The position numbers were made by a program, and so were the translations under genes. The notes beneath the pieces are model-generated. The model was not told the DNA's origin. It saw only the letters and a program-made list of their open reading frames with translations, and made no database searches. From positions 1,994,297 to 2,058,296 of the forward strand of contig NW_002060951.1 of NCBI RefSeq assembly GCF_000150275.1: a stretch of DNA of 64,000 nucleotides, written 5' to 3'. Shown here one piece after another: positions 1 to 10,826 of this stretch (position 1 is the first letter of the stretch; every line of letters starts with the position of its first letter). Source of the stretch: Trichoplax adhaerens. Lineage: Eukaryota; Animalia; Placozoa.

Positions 1-3000
1 CCTAATGAGCTATATCCAGCAAAATTCAGTGACTATAACGTGCTATGTTCGAAGTTTAAAATAACTACCGTGAATTTGAAAAGGTAAATGTGTGATCCTA
101 TCAAAGAGAAATTGAGTAACTATTCCATATTATGCATGTAGTAAAACAACCTTAAATCAATCTAAAATTATGACCGAGTCATCGATTTATTGACCGGGAA
201 AGTATAAATTTTTAGCGATGATTCTACCACCAATTGGCTCTATATTATTAAATTTTCAAATATTTTTGTGTAATAAATAAGAGTAAACCTTCTATCATAG
301 CTTGAGCATCAGTTACCGGCCAGTGCTTATTGTTATTTTAGCATATAGTAATGACTTTCGCTAGCAGTAGTTTTATTAATCAGATAGCGGCAAGGATAGC
401 TATAAATAAGAAATTATCAAGTATTACATGTGAGTTTTTTCGTAGCTCGATAAATTTTTTTGTTCTCGCTGTTTTTGTATATTGGAGACTCAATTTCGAT
501 TTTTATTATTCAGTATTTGCAGTATTCGATAAGATTAACAATTTTGCTATTGTTCTAAAGAATTTCTCATTACCTTCATTGATATCTTTTACAAATGTTA
601 TGAAAGAATTTGGGTGACATCAATAATAGTAATAGCCATTGTAAGATCACGAATTCAATTTTAGCCTAATTCTATCACTTTCAAATTGTAAGCATTTACC
701 TACAAATTTGTAATATATAATCCGTTGAAATAGAAGTAAAATTATCATCGATTAGTAGAATTTACAAGTATTGTTCGTACCTTTAAAATTTAATATACTC
801 ATGGCCAATTTTATACGACTGTAAAATATTTTTCATGCCATAAAGAAATTAGTGAATTTGCGATGGATGTACTATATAAGGACAACGTGTACGTTTCATT
901 TAATTTCTAAATATCAGAGTGCATTCATTGTCAATAATTTTTATGCTAGATATTCTGGAACAATAAAGCAGCAGATACGAATACAGCAATTCTGCCTACA
1001 CGTTGAGTACTTTAGAATATTTTACTACTACGTGAGCGAAAGCGTTTGCAACATGAATGCAGCAGTCCAATTTTGCATACACGCTAAAATAAAAATGCTT
1101 GTTCTAGGGAAATGGTACGGTGTATTATGTGGCTATTCAGAATAAACTAGGTTATGGAGTGGCATCGTAATAGTCATTATTTAACTTCCGGAAAACGAGT
1201 TGATAAAATCTTATTTCATATATCATTATGATTTAGACAAATCAGGTTTTGGTCTATCGTGAAAAGATGAAGTTTCCACTTTACAGCGAGCACTCAAAAT
1301 CATTTACTGGTGAATTTAGATCATCTTCGTTAAGTAAGCCGATTACTCCTCTATCACATTTTGACAGATAAGACTAAGCCTTTGCTCTAAATTTAGGTAT
1401 ACGATTTTGCGGAAGACTTTAATCTTTAGCTATGGATTTTAGTCTATCATGAGTGATAGAGGAGAAGGGCTTAATGTATCATCCGTTAAGTCACAAATTT
1501 AACCCAACTAGATCACTAGGCAGAATCAGCAGTAATCAGCAGTTTACTGTTAGAGCATTTTTAGGCGTTGTAATTGCTTCTTGCAAAGTAGAAAGCCAAT
1601 AATTTGAGAATTTTAATATATTTTACTTGCTATGTGCTATAGAGCTCTATAACCTCCTCCATATAAGTTTATGTGATAAGAAACACTGTTATGTAGAATT
1701 TTCCACTATTGACAGTTATCATATGTTAGTTCAATACTAATAAAATAATTAGTTTGTTTGTTCGTTTACTACTGCATTATGTGTATCTTTAGGGTGTAGA
1801 AAGCGCTTTAGATATGCGCTAAAGTTTAAGCACTATCACACTATATAGTATAAGTGTTTTGAATACAATCGTATATAACTTTTCCCATTGCTTGTCGACA
1901 TCTATTCCTTTCGAGACGATTCACAACCATTACTTTCTCGTATGTACGAGTACAGCATATACATAAGTAGCGGCGCCTAGCCACATTATTTTAAGACAAA
2001 GTGTATGCCAACATTTTTATATTGATATATCTTACATGCTCAGAAATTGCCGAACACCACTCGTATACGACTGTTTTTAGCGATTTGAAACTCATAGGTA
2101 GTAACAAAAGGTAAGACAAAAAATTAGAACCTCAATGTCAACAATTTGTTATATAACTAATGTAGTGAGTTACTCAAGTGGTAACGTTATTTTTAGTGTT
2201 ATAAGCAGAAAAAAAGTTATACAATTACTTCAAATTATTATGACTAACTCTGACTTAATACCGTAAGAAATCTAAAACTTCTGAAGCTTAGTTACTTGGA
2301 ATAATTATTTGGTTTCGATAAAAAGAAATGACTGCATACTCATATCTTATTAACGGTTTTTGATCTACACTAAGTGGATCTCCAGAATACAATTTACTAC
2401 TTAGGGAAATGGTATATACGCCGTATCTCTTAGTTCATGGAAAAGAAAAGATATGGTCTCATTTGCAGTCTACGTCGTAAATGATAACAAAATTTTAGTC
2501 TTTTAGATTCTTAATTTGGTCAACATTCCTCGTTCCATACAATACCTTATATTATACCCTCGATTGTGATTGAAAATGGATAATGAGATAATTTCGATGA
2601 TATAAGAGTAAATTTACTAACAATGTATCTCCTACTTTTTTCTAATTTCTTTAAATATTTTAAAAATCTTCAAAGTAGATCAATTTTATCAAATAAATAA
2701 TGTGATGGTTCATATTGATCTCTAAAATGGTCAATTTATAAATAGTTTCTGATCTTTCACGTGTATAGAATTTAATAATACAGCTAACCGCATTTATCTG
2801 ATCGGGTTTAGTTCAAGAGATAATTAGTATTACATTAGTCACGTTATCATTAAATGTAGTAAAATTGGTAATCCTTGCACTCAAATGAATCGATCAATCT
2901 TTTACAACTATACATAGCAAGATAAAGAGTAATTAGATTAAACTTATAGACGATCTTCTCTCTATTATGATGCCCAATAATGAATCTCAATAGTGCTGTT

Positions 3001-3321
3001 ACTATAATCCCAAGGATCAGAAGTAGTTATTAAGCAAAAGATAAAACTAAGTTCTCTAGCTGTGACCGTCTTACAAATAATTGAATTCCCTAAGTATAAG
3101 TTTCAAATCAAATGACAGTACTTCAATTCTTACTTCAAAAATATCTGTATTTATTTGAAATAAAATTGATAAGTAAAATAGATATAACGTCTGAATTATA
3201 ATGGCATGTTGCTGATGTGGACGAATATTTTAATGGCGGTCAAGTCATAATGCAGCATTTGTGAATATTTTGATTACACTATGAAAATGTAACTAAAATG
3301 AGAAATAATTTTTTTGGCTTA

Positions 3322-3526
3322 CCTTAAATAAATTTCCTACAGTCTTTAAAACACTACCCATTGGTGAATAATACCCTTGGATTTTCGAAGAAGTTAACAT
3401 TGGATCAGAATTCGTTGTAGGCGAGCTTTTGATCGAAATCGTTGCTGCGGTGAATTGTTTACAAGATATTGTAGGTAAAATGATCATTGCCATAAAAATT
3501 AAGAATATTATCTTATCGCAAATCAT
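3322..3526 (-). CDS. Candidate first exon of a secreted or membrane protein; downstream exons not resolved
   Basis: ATG at 3526 opens MICDKIIFLIFMAMIILPTISC-KQFTAATISIKSSPTTNS..., a hydrophobic signal-peptide-like stretch followed by an S/T-rich stretch. It ends at a strong donor AAG|GTAAGC. No homology recognised. Confidence 0.35.
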
Positions 3527-5717
3527 ATTACTACAATCAAGAAAAAGCGGTAACTTTTGATGTAGAAAGGAAAAGGAAGCAAGTAAGTAAAATTGATAAA
3601 ATTATTTTGTAGGTGTTATTGACTAAAACTGCAAAATGCACATATTAGGCAAATATGTAAAAAGAAGCTGTAATGGCGCCTGGTGAGCGGCCAATAATAA
3701 ATACCGTAATAAATAATCTAATAATGGCAACTGCGATCAAATAAGTATAAAAATCGAACCCAAGCACAAGGCATTGATAGATACGGTAATTGATCAATAA
3801 ATCTACTTTATACAATACAGTACACCGACAATACGCAAGTCTAAGGCTAGTTCTGTTATTTTCAATCTCTTTTTTCCCTTCCTCTCTCTTTCGCTACTAT
3901 TCTGTCTAACTATTGTCTAATACGCTCATACCTAAAACAACCTCTACTCTTTAATACAGTTTGGTTTCTTTTATTTAGCAAATAGCTATTTTGCTCGTGT
4001 ATAAGAATAATCTTAGAGATAACATTAATAAAAGATAGATAAACAAAGAGATGATATCCTCCAATGTTGTTTGAATATCTTGCAATGACGGCAAGATGAA
4101 ATTATTGACATTACTGGAATGTAATGGTCATATGATCGATTAAAAGGTCAAGGTATTGATCCAATGTAGGCAAGATAATTAAATAGTATAATAGATCGAC
4201 AGTTACAACAGCAAGTCTAATTTCAAAAATAGATTTATTAATAATGCGACTTTGAAAGGGTTAACCTGATTTATCAATACGGTTATGCTGTTGAGTAATA
4301 GTTACGATTGTTAAAGTTATACCAATAAACGGACTTTATTGATTATACGTCTTATGAAAAGTTCGCCCTATTGATAGCCGTTTATCTCATCTAGTTGATC
4401 ATTTTCTCAAAGTTAAACGTATTATGACTATTGATTCTATGGCATTCCATACTTAGATATACATAAATTGCTCTTGTACCAGCATTTCGGGATTAGATTC
4501 ACATCTCGTATTTACGACGATTAATCCCTTTGTTGATTTTAGTTTTTTCAAGCCTTTTGTTGACTACTTTCATGACCCAGTGGTAAGATGACGAAACTAG
4601 GATGCACTACTACTTTATTACCATTGCTGTCGCAGGAAGACTAAACTCAAAATTAATTATTTTTGTAAATTTGCTGTAACTTTTTCTCTTTTTCTTGTCA
4701 AAAACAAGCTTTATTTTAATTTAGTTGTTTTTACCATTCAGTTCCGTATTGACTAATCTCATGATATCGACGATGAAACTTTTAACAAATAATACTAAAG
4801 CTATTGCAGCTCTAAAACGATAATCGTAATTCTAAAAATGATCCAATATTCACCTTCTTAAAATAAACCATAGTCTTCTATGATACCGAACTCTTTTTTG
4901 CTATTTCAAATTGATTAGATAATATAATAATCACTAGGATAACTCGTGATATCAGTGCAAGAGATGGAGTATAGCATGTAAGATAGAAAGGTCTTTTATC
5001 TACTGTGAATACTTATTTAAGTTTATTTACAGTAGTCAACATTGTGCATTCATTCTTTAATTAGAGCTGAAGAGATTTTAATTTATTTCTTGATTGACAG
5101 GAGCTAGTAAATTCTTGATTATCTCAAAAGTTGAATAAAGAACCTTGTTAAGGATAGAACGATATCATAAATCTCGAAAACAAAATAAAATCTTGAACAG
5201 AAGTAGTTTATAAACTCAACGATATCAAATTAACTGATGTTTGATGGTAATACTCACCCTTTTGCGATTACATTGTATCTCTATCGGATCAAACATTAAT
5301 AAGAATTATTTTATGCGTGATTAGGATTATATGGCTCATTTATTATTTGACATAATGAAACTGTCAGCATTTTATTTGGAAAACAAAGGCACTTGCTAAG
5401 CGTTACAAAAATATTACTACTGGAAAATTTAAATCATTTAAAAAGGACCCAAACATCAACACACTTCAATTAAAAATACATACTCAATTTATACCTCTAA
5501 TATTATCAGGATATTATACTTAGCGTAATACTTTATTGATTAAAATGATGGTTTCCAATTTTTGAGTAGCTTTACGGGTATTTATGCTATATATGTATAC
5601 TGTATGCATACTCATATATTTTAATAATAAGAAATGCAAGCGTCGACGAAGAATTTAAAATAAGTATTTTAGCTAGCAAGAAATTCAATTCAATTGCTAT
5701 AATAACTTATACTCCAA

Positions 5718-5928
5718 GAGGAAAGGAAGCTAATGTGAGAAAATATTTCTATTAGTGTATTATAATTTGCTTTGCTACATGAAATAATTTCAACCTCTAT
5801 AACGACAGAAGTTTGTGGTGGCCCGCATTGTTAGTTATTACTATTATTATTAATTTATTTGATTGTCATAGTAAAGATTTCAAATCTCTAAAGGAAGGAA
5901 AACTAATGTCGAAAGTTATTTCTATTAT
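5718..5928. repeat. Degenerate direct repeat pair (about 38 bp, about 172 bp apart)
   Basis: gaggaaaggaagctaatgtgagaaaatatttctatta vs aaggaaggaaaactaatgtcgaaagttatttctatta. Confidence 0.6.
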
Positions 5929-8183
5929 TAAAAATTTATAATTAAATCTAATTCACTTCTCTCGACCCATTATAATGTTTAATAAACTATCTATAGTTTT
6001 TTAGAATATTCTGTCATGAGAAAAAACACTACCTGTAACACTACCTGTAATACTGTAAAAAGGTTATAATATGTCAAATTTTGACCTACTATTTACCTTT
6101 ACACATCGTGACAGATCGATAATATTACTGAGAAAGATATCTTAGATTTCTGAAAGATATACTTGTGCTGGTAATATTATCATAATATATAAATATATTA
6201 ATATCAGATCTATCCTCCCATCGTACATTATTATCCCTGCATATCTATAATATCTACTCCAACGCGAGTGCAAGTGTAAGACTTTAGCTTTCTTTAATTT
6301 ATAAAAATTTTCAAAATAGACAAAACATTATACAGCAAGCTGTAGATTTAGAGCATAAAAGTGTTATAAACTAGGTGTACTGATTTATAATTATAGCATA
6401 CAACCGCAGATCGAGTGTACTATCTGAACTATTTTGTATTCATCCTATTTACAATTGGTAAAACCGTTACTGTAGAATATAAATACCGAATTAATAGCAT
6501 CCTTATGTAATTGATGCTTTATTTGCAAATTTACAAGCGAGTCATCTACAGAATAAGGAAATGTTTACGATAAATATGGTAGACATCTCCTTACATCGGT
6601 GACGATGGTCAAGATTTCATTAAAAAAAATATTCCATTAAAATCATAGTTGACTATCGATTGATAGCAGATTTATAGGTACTACTGGGTGATGTTTGTGT
6701 AATAATCATAAAGTAGTTTATATTTAACTGCAAAGAAATAGATACTTCTACGTAAGGAAAAATAATATAATATTGATAAGTATATACTGTATTAGTAGTG
6801 CTAATTCATGACACCTGGAAGATAATAAAGGAAATTATTCCATAATATACCTAGTGAGAATTGGTTGACTAGTGGGATACAAAGACTATGATGGAATAAG
6901 TATAGAAAAGCGTGAATTCTTCATTAGCTGTAAGCAACAGATTTAAATAGTAGTTGCTACATTCAGATTTTACTAGCAATATGTACGTAAGATGGAATGG
7001 CTGGAATAGAATTTTGCAAAGCAATTTAAATTCCTGTTATGACTAGTCTATCCTGTAGGAGTAAGTTTTAATTTTAATTTTACTGAAATATCATTATTGC
7101 TGAACACAGTGTTATCGGAATATATTTTTCCTTTATACATTCGTTCCTTGACGTATATTAAATGGCGTAAGGGATATTTTTAATAACATTGAATCTTAAA
7201 GTCTTTTTGGGCTTTTAGTTTCACAATCAATGATTGCATTATTCGATTTAATTTCTTGACGAACCCAACAACACCGTTCTATAGCTAATTAAGTCAACTC
7301 CATTACAGATTTAATCTGACGTATGATTGCTAGGAGCTCGCTGTGCTATTGTTCTTTTGAACCAATGTATTGCGTAATGGTGGACTACAACAATTAATTA
7401 GAGGAAGTTATACGTGCTGATAATTTGCTCCTACATTATTCAGGGATCATCTCACAGAAGGTATTAGATGTTACCATATTCGGTATTACGTTAAGTTTTG
7501 TTGATCTAGTGGTCATTACTATAATTATTTATCCAATATATAAATTTAAGAATTTTCCCAAGTTTCAATGTATGACCACAGTTATACCGAGTACTCAATT
7601 GGCAAGGTCATGTTTCATGGCTACCATGCTTTATGAACTCTATAATATTAGCTGTACATCAAATCATCACGCTGTGAAAGTTTAATTTGACCAATGATCA
7701 TGTCCATTTCTTCTTACAAATGGATCAAAAGCTGCGATAATTCTACAGGGATAATTTTAAAATTAAACCTGGCCGTTTACAATAGATTAGAAGTAAAATG
7801 GTAACTGTAAAACGAGGTAGAAAACTTTCATATCCATTTATTGCTTGTTGTAAGATAATAATCCAGGTAAGACTGAAGAGATCATTTTGATTTACCTTCG
7901 AAAGTAGCAATTGAAGCAAAATTTTGCATGGTTTTGAGCAATAATCAACTTCGTGATAAAAAAAAATGAAGCAGATGGAAGAGTCCAGCTGATACTGGGG
8001 ATAGAGCTAGACAGAAAACTTTTGTGTTATGTGGCAAATTTCTAAGCGTAAATTTTGTTCACGATTACATCAACGACTATCTATCAGAGCTATTCCATAT
8101 CGTCATTGTTCTTAAAGTAGGGAATAGGATGAGAAAAGCGCAGTTATAAACGTAACGCATTAAAACATCGATATTAATCCTAT

Positions 8184-8513
8184 CATCCTGATATGTTTCC
8201 GACTAGTAGTATTTTATACGAGTAGTATGTACGATTTTGTAATGAATGCTAATAAACTCTTTTAGTTATTTATATATTTACTTACATAACTTGTTTAATC
8301 TACAGTAGCGAAGGAAAACATTTAATTATACTATCAAAAATAGCCTTCATGAGAGAAAAAGAGCACGTTGTTATAGCGCAACTGATTAAATTCTTAATAA
8401 ATTTTATGTAACATATTATCAAAAGAATCAGTTTAAAGTTCATCACCCTGGCATAATTCCAACTAGTAGTATTTTTCATGATCAGTTTATATGATTTTGC
8501 AATAGATGTTAAG
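8184..8513. repeat. Degenerate direct repeat pair (about 70 bp, 260 bp apart)
   Basis: catcctgatatgtttccgactagtagtattttatacgagtagtatgtacgattttgtaatgaatgctaa vs caccctggcataattccaactagtagtatttttcatgatcagtttatatgattttgcaatagatgttaa. Confidence 0.65.
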
Positions 8514-8938
8514 AGATAGTATGAATACTAAAAACTTATCTAAAATCGATACTCCATGAAGCTACAATTCATCTTTCATCTTAATTATACTATGTTAGCG
8601 TGATTACGGGTAAAATCCGATTTATGTAAAGCCATGTACAGTATATTGGTGTTTAAATTTGGTTTTCATAAATATTATCACACGTACTACGAGTAAGAAT
8701 ACTATATATACTACATAGTGTATAGTATATTCGAATCATATGTTGTAGACTTATAGTTATTCTTTTATTCATTCCATAGACAGTAGTAACGAAATTATGC
8801 ATTAAAAAGCTTCCATGATAGAATGGAGTTAATATAAATCTGAACTGGTCGCTACAAACTCGTTATACTGTAAAAGGATACGTGATGAATTACCCGGCAT
8901 ATTATTTAGCGTCAATTGAGTATTGTATACTGTATAGA

Positions 8939-9263
8939 TGTGAGGGAGTGCAGACTCCGTGAGTTAGTCGTAGCTTTAGTGTGATTAATTAATTAAGATT
9001 TTTATTTGTTGTTGATAATCTTTATTAATTGATATAGACGGTCGGCTATACAAATCTATATATTTTTTAGGACTATTTATCTAAGTTGTCACCGGGTACG
9101 GCCGAGCCAGGGTATATAAAGCCCGGTGTTGTCGTTAGTTAGTTCAGTCGATGCTTGGTGGTGTAGTTGGAGTAGTCTTGGATGACAAGACTACTTTCGC
9201 CGAATAAACGATTTTAAAAAGAGACTTCAAGTCTAGTCTACGTGTAACCCGTTTAGGGTCACA
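8939..9263 (+). mobile_element. Probable isolated retrotransposon LTR (Gypsy/BEL-like), about 325 bp
   Basis: Inverted termini TGTGA...TCACA, an internal TATATAAA (9113-9120) and an AATAAA (9203-9208) in U3-R-U5 order. Followed by TTTGG (start of a PBS-like sequence) and GC-richer than its flanks. No TSD, second LTR or gag/pol seen. Confidence 0.55.
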
Positions 9264-9858
9264 TTTGGCTGTTTGTAGCCTTAGTACTGACGCTCATTTT
9301 TTAGAGACCCAGGTTTGCTTGTCGTGAGTTGAAGGCGACAATATATCAGTTGAAGTTAATTTCGCTTAGAACGTAGCTGACAGATGTCAAAGAATTAGTA
9401 TCTAATTACTAGATTAATGAATTGTATAATTATCAGCGATAATGAAGCTTGATTACAGCTAGTCATTGAATAGAATAATAGTCGTCAATTTGAGCGAAAA
9501 TCGGAATATTTTTTTGAATTACAAAGGAACAATTCTTGATAGGAATACTATGCGTTATAAGGTGTAGCGCAATCGTAGTACAGTGCATTGATTTTCATGT
9601 CCATGGCCAATTTGAGTGACAAGTATTGTTGGAAGTACCACCATTTTTCAGTATAGGAGTGATTCATGAATTTGATTCATTTCGTTATGACTAAAGTATC
9701 GATTTTAATAACTATAGCGCAGGCCTAAAGATGGCAATCTTTGCATTTGAAGCAATATTTTTCACTACATAATAAACGCTGTCTTAATCGACCGAAACTT
9801 TGCTACATAAGTTGAATCGTTTCAGTCAAGAATTTAAGGGAGCAAATATGTTCTTGAC

Positions 9859-9871
9859 GGGGGGGGGGGGG
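9859..9871 (+). repeat. G13 homopolymer
   Basis: Run of 13 G in an otherwise AT-rich region. Confidence 0.95.
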
Positions 9872-9967
9872 CCCAGTGGTGTTAAGCCAGCGTAGTCATG
9901 GTCTATTCCATAGGCTATCTGATATGGATTGTATTACGAATTAATTATCAGATGTCGAGTATTTACT

Positions 9968-10344
9968 TCATCCAGTGGGTAAAAGATTCTTCTTCAACTG
10001 CATATTAAAGGCTTACCGTGGTCAGTACCATCACGGTGATAGAAGCAGTGCGTTAAAGTGCAATACTCTTACAACCGTTTTGAAAGCACCGTAAGCTAGT
10101 CATTAATGAATTCACTAATTACAGTAGATGGTATGATGAATTAATATAGCAGTAATCATCCAGTGGGTAAAAGATTCTTCTTCAACTGCATATTAAAGGT
10201 TTACCGTGGTCAGTACCATCACGGTGATAGAAGCAGTGCGTTAAAGTGCAATACTCTTACAACCGTTTTGAAAGCACCGTAAGCTAGTCATTAATGAATT
10301 CACTAATTACAGTAAATGGTATACTGAATTAATATAGCAGTAAT
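9968..10344. repeat. Tandem duplication, 2 x 188 bp, near-identical
   Basis: Units start at tcatccagtgggtaaaag (9968 and 10156). They differ at only a few positions (ggcttacc/ggtttacc, agatggtatgat/aaatggtatact). Confidence 0.95.
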
Positions 10345-10583
10345 GCTAGCCTCTTATTTGTTGACAGTCAACATGCGCTCACAGGTTAGTTCAGGATGGA
10401 GTGCAGCAGCCATCACGTCCAACAAATTATTCAGAATTGTGCAAGCGCATTGCATTGCACCCATTGGCGGTATGACCCCAGTACGGTACGTACTCGTAGC
10501 GCCTGACACCTTTGGTGTAACCCAGCTGCTCTTCTTGATGGTTATTGTGCAAACATCAAGCATTCCTGAGTTTCCATTGTTTC

Positions 10584-10826
10584 TGTACAGTGTACAGTGT
10601 ACAGTACAGTGGACAGACTAGTGAGTCACGACTGCACGCACATTGACCTCAAGTCTTTTTTCTCCTACCCTTCGTACTTAACCAATGTACGACATTCTTT
10701 TCGGCCATCAATCTTATTGACGTAGGAATAAAATCGACTCTGTACGTGTGTATTGCAAAGTTGGCCATTGCTCTCCTTCTTCGACTAAAACATCAAGTTC
10801 ATTTCAAAAGTTTCTCTTTGGTAGTT
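10584..10826 (+). promoter_or_regulatory. Putative HIP1 promoter/5' UTR with TGTACAG repeats and an AP-1-like palindrome
   Basis: tgtacagtgtacagtgtacagtacag at 10584-10609 and GTGAGTCAC at 10621-10629, about 200 bp upstream of the HIP1 ATG. Confidence 0.4.

Noticed and set aside
7437-7456. TTCAGGGATCAT resembling U3 snoRNA box A
   Set aside because: Only a short match; no boxes B, C or D or the expected spacing were found.
9264-9880. Possible TRIM/non-autonomous LTR element using the G13 run as polypurine tract
   Set aside because: The sequence after the G run does not repeat the 8939-9263 LTR.
9968-10344. CRISPR-like or snoRNA tandem array
   Set aside because: Two contiguous 188-bp copies with no spacers, in a eukaryotic context, and no convincing C/D or H/ACA layout.
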